64,000 nt of DNA from Podarcis liolepis (Eukaryota): NCBI GenBank assembly GCA_965112155.1, contig OZ218100.1; one strand, written 5' to 3'. Of the stretch, positions 14,051 to 24,488 are shown piece after piece. The notes below the pieces were generated by a model. It made no database searches and was not told the DNA's origin. It saw only the letters and a program-made list of their open reading frames with translations. Both the position numbers and the translations under genes were made by a program. The first letter of the stretch is position 1; every line of letters starts with the position of its first letter.

Positions 14051-14872
14051 AGTCGGATCCTCCATCATGGAGGGCACGTGTTGTGGTGAGATCACCAGGA
14101 ACTGCATCCCTGTTGTGTGGTGGGACCGTTTGGATGGCCACAACACCTCATTGGTTACCCCTCTGTTGCTGGGGCAGAAATTTGGTCAGTTGGGTTGGCT
14201 ATTGGCTGCTGAGGGGCTACTTAAGCTGCTGCACATCGCTGGAGAGTTTCACTTTCTTGCAATGTGCAGCGGATCACCCGCCCTCCTCTCCCTATATTTA
14301 GGGTTGTTCTTATGACCTTGCTATGCCTGTATAGGGGTCGACTGTTTTGGAGCAGGGGCCCAATAGGAATTTTGCCATTTGGCTGATTGGCTGGTTCCAC
14401 TTGGTTTTTGCCTACCGTGAAGCAAATTGTCACAACTTTGTAAGGTTGGTGGTTAGGAATTTGGTTCAATGTTTTGGGAAGGGGACATGGTTGGCTGTGC
14501 CTGCCCCTCCATTGTTGTTGCTAGGGAATTACATTAAAGGAATCCAGGGGCTCACCTTGCTTTTGTCCGAACCCTGTCAAGGGGCTAGGGCCACGCCAGA
14601 GCCCCTGGGAGCATCTGGGGTGAGCTGTGAGATCAAAGCCATTTCTTGCTCCCCCAGGTTGCTTTCCCTTACTGACATATGGTGATGCCCAGTGTCAGTC
14701 CTGTTCCTGTCACTGTGCAGGTTCAGGTAGTCTGGAACCAATGCCTAAGCAACCACTCACATGCTGTAATCAATAAAGTTGTGGACAAAATTTAATGCCA
14801 AAAACCTTAAACTAAAATCTGTGTCTTTTATGTCTTCATTTGGGGGTGGTTTTGGGGGGTCTTCACATGCAA
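14051..14872 (+). mobile_element. Solo A-spacer-B unit of an Ngaro-like YR retrotransposon (no ORFs)
   Basis: 5' part has gcacgtgttg 23 nt from the start, as in the A end of the 42206-48690 element; 14312-14440 is homologous to the spacer at 24362-24480; 3' part aaccaatgcctaagcaaccactcaca...aataaagttgtgg...aaaaaccttaaac matches B of the minus-strand element; ends cacatgcaa (family end CACGCAA). Confidence 0.8.
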
Positions 14873-15199
14873 TTATTGCTATTATTTACTAAATTTGTAT
14901 AGCATCCTTTATCTACACATCTCAGGGTGGTACACTACAATTTAAAAACCACAAACAACATGGTAAAAATAAGAACAACAACAAATCCACAATCTCCCCT
15001 TAAAGCTGCTCTACTCGGCCAACCTGAACAAAGCTCAACAACCATACACTGGGATTTGCCAATTGCTTTACACCTCTCCTCTCCATTTGTCAGTACTGCT
15101 TGGGCAACAAAACCAGCTCCTGATAGGCTGTGATATTTTCTTCTTGATTCTCTGAAGCATGGTAGCAGTCTTGCTAGAATAAAATTATAAACTAAAAAG

Positions 15200-15260
15200 A
15201 AGGAGGAGACGAAAGAGGAGGAGGAGGAGGAGGAGGAGGAGAAGCAGCAGCAGCAGCAGC
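15200..15260. repeat. (GAG)n(CAG)n microsatellite
   Basis: Direct reading. Confidence 0.85.
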
Positions 15261-15453
15261 TGGTCCCTGGCAGGACCCCCAAGCTGGTTTAGCCCTCCAA
15301 GGCAATTTTTTTTAAAAAAAAATTAAAAGGGGGTGGAAAGGAAGCAGGTACCTGGAGAAGAAAGACTTTGGCAATCAATACCACCTGCCATTGGACCCAA
15401 TGTGTTCTGACTATATGTGATTTTGGCTTTAGGTGTGATCCCGGAACGTAACT

Positions 15454-15591
15454 CAGACCTTCCAAGTGTCCCTATTTTTCCAGGGATGTCCCTGATTTAG
15501 ATAAGCTGCCCTGGTTTCTGATTTAATCCCAGAATGTCCCACTTTTCCTTAGGAAGTCCCTATTTTCATTGGAGAAATGTTGGAGGTTATG
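15454..15591. mobile_element. Short hAT-like MITE
   Basis: Imperfect TIRs cagaccttccaa/ttggaggttatg with internal gtccc repeats; TSD not clear. Confidence 0.55.
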
Positions 15592-16914
15592 GTAACCCCC
15601 ATATACGTTGCAGGCTTATTGTGTCTGAAAAGAATAAATTGCTACAGGGAGCAAAAGAACACTGTTCAAAATGAAAATCTCAGGCAACTTGAGCTAGAGT
15701 GGTAGCACTTGGAGTGAACGTGATGCTACTTTTGGAGGCCTTAATTCTGCTGTGCTGGATTTGAAATTATTAGCTTTCAATTAAACCTTTTATTAGCTGA
15801 AGACAGTGAGCACGGTGAATGTGAAAAGCCCTTTTCTCTCCCTCTTTTTTGATTTAGGAAATAATTACCCAGGTTTCATGACAAGGACCCAGGTATCGGC
15901 AGGTTACATCAATTTTATCGCATTAAAGGAATGCTAGAATCACAGCTGGTTTTCCCAAAGCAACAGAGCTGTCATTCACAGGGAATCTCATTGAAGTGCA
16001 AATGCTGTCAATCCTTGCTTCAGTCCATTCATTTTGGAAGAAAATGTATTTGATGCCTGAGGGATGGGGACAAATTAAGAGAGATTTTTCTTTATGCGAT
16101 GGACCCAGCAAGGCCCTGGATACAGTACAGCAAACTGCACTACCTGCAGGGTGCTCATCCACCATGAAAGTCCTCTATTATCTCATTCTTTACATGAATG
16201 AAATGTGAATACAGTTCCTCGTTCTCAAAAACCATTACACTGATTGGATTTTGTCTGGAAGCCACCGAATGAGTTTTTCCACACAATTATTTTCAACAGA
16301 TTGAAAATGTGTGCCTCTCTTCTGTCAGGTGGTGACGTAAGCCGCTCTTGAGTTTTAAGGATCTTAAAAAATAGCAATGTTTTGTAACCTTTTTTCTTTT
16401 CTTTTTTTGAAGTCTTCAGCCTGCAGGAGATGGGGAAGAAAATCAACAATCTAACAAATCCCTTTCTTTTTCTTTTGCCAGAATATGTTTTTCTGGAACA
16501 CTTACTGGGTTTATTGTGTTCGATGACTGGAATTGATTTCAACATAAACACACATGTGTTGAAGACATTCATTCATAAGGAAAAGATCAAGGGGCCAAAA
16601 CTATGTTACATTAACATATATACCAGCAACAGAGAAGCCTCAAGAGGCAGGGAAATTTAGTGGATTGGGTGTGGGACTTGCACTGGGAAATGTAAGTTCA
16701 GATCATTGCTTGGACACAAAGCTACTGGGGCAGTGACTGTTTCAGTGGTTATGAGGAAGAGGAGATTGCTGATATGAGCTCTTTGGATGACTGGCAGTGT
16801 TTTATTAAATTAGTTAACATAGTATTCTAGGAAGCCTGTAGTTCTGAATCAAATACTGTGGCCTCAGGAATTTTCAGCAACAACCACCACCACCTTTTAA
16901 TAATAATAAAATCA

Positions 16915-16990
16915 TGGAACTTTAGAGTTGGAAGGGACCAGAAAGGTCATTTAGACCAACCCCCTGCAATGCAGTAATCTGTTGCTCAAA
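16915..16990 (-). mobile_element. 3' part of tRNA/CR1-tail SINE
   Basis: tagagttggaagggacca...accaaccccctgcaatgcag is the reverse complement of the SINE tail. Confidence 0.6.
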
Positions 16991-18139
16991 GTTGGGTTCC
17001 AGGGGCATAGAGCTTGGAGAGGAACAAATTCCATGACAAGGCACAAAAACTAGCAGTGTACCAGAATTGGTTTCATATTCTTAAATGGTGTGTCTGCACT
17101 TTGTTAAACAAAAGACAGTTGTTTTGAAGCTCTGAACCTTGTAAGAAAGGTGCAGTCTCTGATCTGAAAACCTGCCCTACTACAGTGCCTTATTTAGGAG
17201 GAAATTGCACTCTGCACATTTTCAAAAGAAATCTTTGTTTATGGTAAATCATTTCCCAGAATGCTTTTGTTATCTTGCACGTCCACCACATATCAAAGGC
17301 GGAGGGAAGTCAATGGATTCAGGGATTCCTAAATGATGATGTGGATGATTTGTTTGAATTTAAATTTGTTATGTAAAACTATATATATATATGGCCTGTA
17401 TACTACAGAGCTGAGTCCTGGCACTGAAAATTATTGCCATAATACTGCTCTGAATCTGAAGACAAGTACCTCCAACTGTGAGCACAGCATTATTCTCCAA
17501 CCTGTCCATTCTCTCACTTGACTACAGGACAGGAAAATATTGTTTGCAGTGCTTTACTTTGGCAGGAGGTTGGGCTAGATGACCTTTGGCTGTGGTCTGA
17601 TAATTTAGCTGGAAGTAGATTCAATTTCTTTTTAGTTGAAGTGGATTCAGTTGATTTCAGTGGAATGTGCTTTGTGCTTTGTGCAACATAACATAGACAC
17701 TTATTTTTGCAGCCTTAGTTTTAGGAAATCCTAAGGATGTTTGTGCATGTGTGTGAGACAGAGAGAAATGAAAGCAGTTTAACATTTCATCCAATGTGCG
17801 GTAGGGCAGAAGGGGGGGGTAGAGGAACACTCAAATCTGAGTGTCTCCAATTATACAAAAACAATTTCTTTTAGTGGGGAACAGAGGTTTAGACATGCTC
17901 AGAAGCACTTCCAAATTTGTCTCTGATTGGTGGAGGCATGGCAAGGTATTGGAAGGGCTTGGGGTCATTTGGATGCAAGCAGCTTCCTTATTAGCCTTTT
18001 TGACATGAGAGCCCCATCAGTTGGACCACAGCATTGGAGAAGCTGTCACCATCAGAGTGGTGGGATCCAGCACTGTATCTGTTTCACCAACGTCAGACCT
18101 CGGTTCATGATTTCAGGTTGGTGGTCCTGTCCATCCACT

Positions 18140-18318
18140 CACTGGCAGAGGAAGAGGGGGACGGGGGAGCCCCCAGCACCATGATCCCGGTGGGGCGCCA
18201 TCGCGGTCCCCCCCCCGCTGGGCACCATGCCCCTGTGGGTGGCATGCCACACCCCCAGGATGCGCACCATGCTCCCGGGATGCACACCAGACATGCCCCC
18301 ATCTGCTCTCTGCCACTG
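18140..18318. mobile_element. GC-rich hAT-type MITE
   Basis: TIRs cactggcagag/ctctgccactg; 8-bp TSD catccact (18132-18139, 18319-18326). Confidence 0.85.
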
Positions 18319-21300
18319 CATCCACTGACCCCTTGAATGCTGCCCTAGGGATCATAGGACTGCCCCCTTCTAGGATGGCCGATGTCTGCCTTTTCTCATG
18401 GTGGAGAAGGAAGCAAAATCATCAGGGACTCTGTCTTGCACACTTTTAGCCTTGTGTGCATCCAATTTAAGTGTGGGTGTTCAGGGTTAGGGTGTAACTG
18501 TCTTTGAAAATGCTAATTTTTCTGGCACATGCATTTTTTTGGGTGGGTGGGAAGGCAATAGAATGAAGCTTTAGAGTTGTTGGGTTAAAAACAAAACAAA
18601 ATTGAGGCGATGCCCATTATAATAAAGAGTGTGAATGTGTGTGCACAATGAACATATGTTTATATTCCGAAACACATGTAATTAAAGCGGCTAAACTGAA
18701 AGAGAGGAAGGAAGATATAATTAAGCACGAAGGTTGTTCATGCTAGTTGTTCCTCCTCCTTACTTATCCGATCAGCCTGTTAATCATATCCCCCCCTCTG
18801 TTTCAAGATGTTTGAAACTTTCCTAATTTGAGCTGGCAGCTCTTCCCTTAATGTTATTTTAATAGACCTTGTCTTGCTTTCAGAGAGCAATGAAAGCAAA
18901 GGTTTCGTCAAGAAAGAAAATTGCCTTATCCCTGCTGAGTTGTTGATTTAGTACAGCTATTAATGACTAAAAGAAGTTAGAAAAAAAGATCTTCCTACTC
19001 CATCTTAAAACCAACTATAGAGGAAGAAGTCATCAGGGTCATTTCCTAAACAGTCCCACAATGGGCAAAGTACCCTAAGTCCTTCCTTCTCCATCCTGGT
19101 TGGCTCCATATGCTTTGGACTACACTTATCACCAGCTTCATCCATCACAGACAAATATATCCTTGTGGGTTGGCCATCTTGACTACTGTGAATAAATGAA
19201 TGGTAAGGGAACTGAGGGAAGGGGGAGGTCCTAATATCTATGGATATTTTCCTGAATGGGCAATTCACTTGCATGCATAGTGTCTGAGATGAATGTTCTA
19301 CAGGGTGCTCTATATATGAAATGGAAGTGAAAGATGAAACTAGTGGGAGCCACCTTGTGGGAGGCTGTTCAAGTTGCTCTCTGGAGATCTGCTGCCTGCA
19401 TTTATAGGCCTGCTTTCTTCCAGCAGATGACCTCCGATGACTTCCATCTTCTCAGTCTGATTGCATTGCTTTGTAGTATTACTGTAAAACTTACTTTGCT
19501 GAGAATACTCATTTGCATTTGAAATATCTCAGCTTTGCATTACCTAAGATCAGACTCCCACACTGATAGATCAGAAGGAGTTTTAAACCAGTTACCGAAA
19601 AGCTGTTATCCCAGAGCTCTAAATTATATTTCCCCATCTAACTGTTCATATGGTCAGAGCAATGTAAAGGTGTGTGTTAACTGTATTATTTGGATGCCGA
19701 AAAACAAGGTCATCATGACATTGATAGCAGTATTGACAGATCTTGACAAGTTTAAAGTCAACTGAAAGGTAGAATTGAAATGCTTTTCCTCCCCCGAGGA
19801 ACATGTTGGATAATGGCATATCTTTATTGCTGTTCCACTTGCAAAAATATTTAATTTCTTTTTTTTTATTCTTCCAAACAATAAACTTGCAAAGTAGGCC
19901 AGTGTACTCATTTTATGGAAAAAGGAGTTGTATTTAAGGCTGCAATCTTTTGCACAGTTTCTTATATCTGTGTAAGTATGTACAGCAATGAGCTACATAT
20001 GTGGCCAAAATCCAAACCTTTGAATCATTAGGACATATTTGTAAATAAACTTACTAAGGCTCCCACAGCAGCACAGGAGAGGAAGGAGCTATCTCAACTA
20101 CAAAGTCAATTTTTAAAATGGTTGGATTGAACACAGATTTCACAGGCCCATGCTCAGTATCCTGTTCTCCCTGAATTGTGCAAAAGATAATCACAGAGGA
20201 ATATACCTCGACTGGAATTCAATGCATTGAGATTTTGCTTTCTGGGTTGGGGAGTGGATTAAGCAGCCTGATTTCTTTAGAATTCATTGGGAGTTGGGCT
20301 TTCTCCTTCCTTAGGCTGCTTTTGAATGTCCTAGTTCATAACAAAATAACACAAGCCTGTACATCCTTGTTTTTACTGCATTTTGTCAGATTGTTCATGA
20401 CTGGAATATTGATTGTGAGATTGCATCTGCAACTGCCAAGCACTCACCTCCCATCAGTCTAGTTCTCCTTTTCCATTATGCCATAAATAGATTGCCCAGC
20501 ACAATAGACTGCACAAATATGCAATATCAGTCAAGTTGCATGAGCCTGTTTCTGTGTGTCAGTGTGGTTTAAAAGAAAAAGGAAAAGAAGTCAGACACAA
20601 AAGCGGACTCAGTGTATAGAATTTTGAAATGCATTATAATTAATAATAGTAACAAGTGAGGTAGAGATCCTTAACATTTAACATCCCAGGCTTGAACACA
20701 TTCATTGGAAATAAAGTCCATTGATTGTAATGGAAATTACTTCCAGGGTACTGGGGTAAGGGCCCAAAGTGCTCACTAAATGACACGAATGTAAAAATAA
20801 TCTTTGTTGGCTTCAAAATAACCAAACTAACTTGCCACCTCATCTTTTTACTCTGTGTGCACAAATGAGGGCTGTGAATGCTGCTTGAAGTAGAACATGA
20901 TGGAGTTTGGGCAATAGGTGCTGTTCAAACATGCAACAGAAATACCTTTTAAGGTATACAAGCTCAGAAGGACCCCAGCGTATATACCTTAAAATCTTCT
21001 GTGCTTATCAGCCTTGCAGAAGAGGGATGAAAAACAAAATATGAACTGGAGCATCCAATCTTTTAGAAGTCTAAATTGCATAATATCTTTTTTTTAAAAA
21101 AAAAAAGGAAGGGAGGTATGCATGAGTTTCACTTCCCAGAGACTGGTGTTGGTGTGGATACCCCCTTACATAACTCCCCCCACATGGCTGATAAGATAGC
21201 TCACTTTGCACTCATTACAAACAGTTGAACCCAGAGTGAATGCCATGCCCCTGTCCCCAGCTTTCATATTCCTCGTATCCTGTATTAGAATGCTCTTCCA

Positions 21301-22277
21301 GTTGGGGAGCCATTTGCATACGCTAATTTATATGTAGATATGAGAATTAAGAAGTAATGTAATGCCTGTAATTTCAACAGAAATACATTTCACCATGTTA
21401 AGTATGTCTGTGACCAGGTGCCCTATGTGCCCACTCAGTACTTGGAAAAGATAGGAAACTTCAAAGGACCTGATCCACCTTATTGTGGCTCATTGTCTTG
21501 AAAAAAGGCTTTCAGAGGACAGCATTTCAAACAGAAGACTCCTTCCAACAGGATTGTCCTCTGACAGCCCTACCAGTAGGGTAGGACAATGGCTGCTGTT
21601 CATGAAAGAAAGAGACCAAACCAAACACTAAAGAAATTAGCCAGCCTTGATCTTTCCGGAAGAGATTTATCATTGCTTGCATGATGTACCAGTATATGGC
21701 AAATATTAAAGCTGTGGGATAAAAAAAAATTAAAAATGGAATATGAAACATGTACTGTTCTTTTAAGCAAGGTCAAATTCAGATGAAAACCACCAGAAGT
21801 GGGATGAGGGGCAGCATGAAAAGTTAACCACCAAGGTAAAAAAAAAAAAAAATACTCCTAGGAATGGGTTTCATGAAAACAACAATTTTAAAAATGGATG
21901 CTTAGTTTCATTTTCTTGCTTGTTTATACAATCTTGAACAAATGGACCATGAGCCCTGACAAAAACCCCCTAAAATGATAATAAATTCTATAGTAAGATA
22001 CGCTAATGTAGCAGCCCGCAGATCATCTTCAAATATTTAGTTTAATGAGTGAGCTGTTATTTCCTATTACTGCTGCTTCTCCTGCTAGGAAGTTGAGTCT
22101 GGTTCCCAAAGCCAGTGGGAAGGAACCAGGACAAATCAGCATAATTAGAGATGTGCATTGTGCTTCATTTTCATTTATGTTTACTCCTTGTTATTACAAT
22201 TTTTCTTAATTGTGTTCTGCAGTAATTCTAGAAGATGCTAATGGAGCTGGCCTTACCTCCGGGCTACTGTAGGCAAC

Positions 22278-23027
22278 ATGAGAGCAGCACTTTTAATGCA
22301 GCAAATGGGAAACAAGAGAATTTCCTTTTCAGCAGGGATCTCGTACTTTTGTAAAACATTTTTCGAGAAGGACCCCTGCGCAGCCTTCATTGTGCGCAAA
22401 ACTCTGGAGGGATGGCGTAGGCAGCAACCCCCATGTGCGGACAGGAGGCGGCCTGTAACTTATGAAATTCTGTTTAAGATTCACAAAGTTCTTCGTGAAA
22501 TTTGCTGGTCAAAGCACGAAGCGCGTTTATTCTCAACAGCGTTTTCCATTGCTTTCTTCGGCGCCCTACGCGTAGGCGAGGTAGTATGTGAAGGGGATGC
22601 CAGCCAATCTCAGAGGGGAATTTTGATGAGCGACCTGACCCTGTCTAGAACCGATCTCATAGTGCGGGTGCGGAGCTCTAAGACAGATCAGCAAGGCAAG
22701 GGGGCCCTGCTCCGGCTGCCGGCAGCCCACGGGAAGGGCCCTTGTCCGGTTCGGGACACTAGGCGTTTTCTTTACCTAAGGCCTAGCGGCCCTGGTCCGC
22801 TGCTGATACATGCGGACGGATCCCGCCTTACTAGACACCAGTTCACTAGGGTTATGCGGTCGGCATTGTCGGCCTGTGGTTTCCCGGCATCAGAATTTGC
22901 TGCTCACTCCTTTCGTATTGGCGCAGCCACCACTGCAGTACATATGGGGCTCCCCACGGAGAGGATTAAGGACTTGGGGAGGTGGAAATCTAACGCGTAC
23001 AAAGCCTATGTGAGAAGCAACTTGTGA
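22278..23027 (+). CDS. Tyrosine recombinase of the YR retrotransposon, N-terminally truncated; first ~18 codons are host flank
   Basis: Catalytic motifs GALRVGE (R), SKTDQ (K), HSFRIG (HxxR), GRW, AYKAY (Y). Confidence 0.9.
   Translation: MRAALLMQQMGNKRISFSAGISYFCKTFFEKDPCAAFIVRKTLEGWRRQQPPCADRRRPVTYEILFKIHKVLREICWSKHEARLFSTAFSIAFFGALRVGEVVCEGDASQSQRGILMSDLTLSRTDLIVRVRSSKTDQQGKGALLRLPAAHGKGPCPVRDTRRFLYLRPSGPGPLLIHADGSRLTRHQFTRVMRSALSACGFPASEFAAHSFRIGAATTAVHMGLPTERIKDLGRWKSNAYKAYVRSNL
22288..22330 (+). repeat. Left copy of 43-bp target-site duplication
   Basis: cacttttaatgcagcaaatgggaaacaagagaatttccttttc, identical to 24872-24914. Confidence 0.92.
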
Positions 23028-23076
23028 CTGCGTGTTGCACCCCTGACCTCCGCCCACTGTTCTATTTGCTTTTCAG

Positions 23077-23657
23077 AACCCACGAGACTGCGCATTTGGT
23101 TGGTGGGCCACAGCATCGTGCACTGGGCCAAGTTTCATGCCTTGAGAAGCGGTCTGGGCGGCAACCTGAGTTTACATCCCAGGGTGGAGCTGGTTTGGAT
23201 AGCGCGTAGAGGGATGCGCTGGAGTGAATTCAAACCAGCCGTGATGGCCAGGGCTGCGGCCGAGGGTCCGCCTGACGCCCTAGTGATTCAATTGGGGGAA
23301 AACGATCTCGCTTATCGCAAGGCGATCGATCTGAGGTGGCACATTTTTGATGATCTGACCGAGTTGGTAATTGCATACCCTCATATCACAATAATTTGGT
23401 CCTCGTTGCTTGAGAGGAGGACATGGAGAGACTGCGTGAGCCCAGTAGGTGTCAACAAGGCGAGAAAGGTTTTAGAACGAGCGGTGGAACGTAGAGTGGC
23501 AGCTCTGGGCGGGTTCGTCATCAGACACCCGGGCATCCAGTTCAGCAACGAGGCCCTCTACAGAAGGGATGGCGTGCATCTGTCTGATGCAGGGAACGAC
23601 CTATGGTTGGGTGATATCATAGCGGGGATTAGGTCCTGGGTTCAGGGGTTCCCATAG
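23077..23657 (+). CDS. SGNH/GDSL-family hydrolase ORF of the element; no ATG upstream of the catalytic block I, preceded by a splice acceptor
   Basis: Blocks IWLVGHS, RRGMRW, QLGEND, DGVH; acceptor ctgac...ttctatttgcttttcag ends at 23076. Confidence 0.85.
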
Positions 23658-23713
23658 CAGGGCGTAGGAATTGGTTACAGGTTTGAAGGTATTGGCGGCG
23701 AGCCTTGCTCGAG

Positions 23714-24096
23714 TGGCGGTTAGGCATTGGCTGGGGTTCAATTGTTATGCAAATGGATGGGGGGGAAGGAATGCCATCACCTTCCCCCAGGAAATGGGGT
23801 AGTCCGGTACAGGACTCCGAGGGGCGTTGTCTTGTCCGAAACCTACCTAGGTAAGGGCCCCCGGCACGCCCCAAGCGGTGACACCCGTGGGATCCTAGTT
23901 GGCGTACTCCAACGGGGGCCTCCCACGGTTAGTGTTAACCCTTCCCGGACATCCTGCCGGGTAGCGGATAGGAGCCAATGCCTAGGGCCAATACCTTCAA
24001 TTCTCTAATCAATAAAGTTGTGGCCATTTCATGCCCATTAAACTTAAACATCGTGTCCTGTGTCTTTCTTTCTGGGGGAGGGGTTTTGACACGCAA
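23714..24096 (+). repeat. Split direct repeat B1 (383 bp) with AATAAA at 24011-24016
   Basis: Matches 24489-24871 at an offset of 775; ORF translations 23727-24008 and 24502-24783 are identical. Confidence 0.92.
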
Positions 24097-24335
24097 AGCC
24101 ATTTCTGACCATAAGGGAGGAGAGGGGGTTGCGGTCTAGCCCCTCCCCCCCAAGCGCGGGGGCTGACCTTGGCCCCCGCGAGAGTTGGGGGAATCCCTGG
24201 GCGTGCTCGCCACCCCGCCCGCCTATCGGCGGGCCGGGGGGAGGCGTGGCTTAGGGCATTTAAGCCTGGCACGCCCAGGGTCCGCCCTCTTCACTCCCCG
24301 ACCAGCTGAGAGGTTTTCCCTTCCCACCCACCCTT
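24097..24335 (+). repeat. Internal A2 repeat (copy of the element's promoter end)
   Basis: Follows the B1/A2 junction cacGCAAAgcc; GC-rich with TATA-like catttaag at 24257-24264; positional similarity to A ends of the other two elements; A1 is lost in this copy so the 3' limit is approximate. Confidence 0.65.
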
Positions 24336-24362
24336 AGACGTTTAGGTAGCCGTAGGTAGTCA

Positions 24363-24480
24363 TGACCTTGCTATGGACTTCGGTTGGTCGCCGCAAGGGG
24401 CCTGGTAGGAATTTTTCCAAGTTGGCGATCTTCCGCCAGTTGGTTTTTTCGCCTACCTCGTAGCAAACCGTCACAACTTT
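24363..24480 (+). ncRNA. Predicted structured RNA element (four-way junction with ENE-like U-rich internal loop) in the A2-B2 spacer
   Basis: Nested helices, cUUCGg and cGCAAg tetraloops, GGUAGG-AAUUUUU-CCAA...UUGG-UUUUUU-CG-CCUACC; architecture conserved at 14313-14440. Confidence 0.6.
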
Positions 24481-24488
24481 CCCTGTAT

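Noticed and set aside
24363-24473. Hairpin or hammerhead ribozyme in the spacer, on either strand
   Set aside because: It is a four-way junction, but the hairpin-ribozyme loop A (AGAA/NGUC) topology and the hammerhead CUGANGA/GAAA core are missing; the tetraloops and U-rich loop fit an ENE-like motif on the plus strand better
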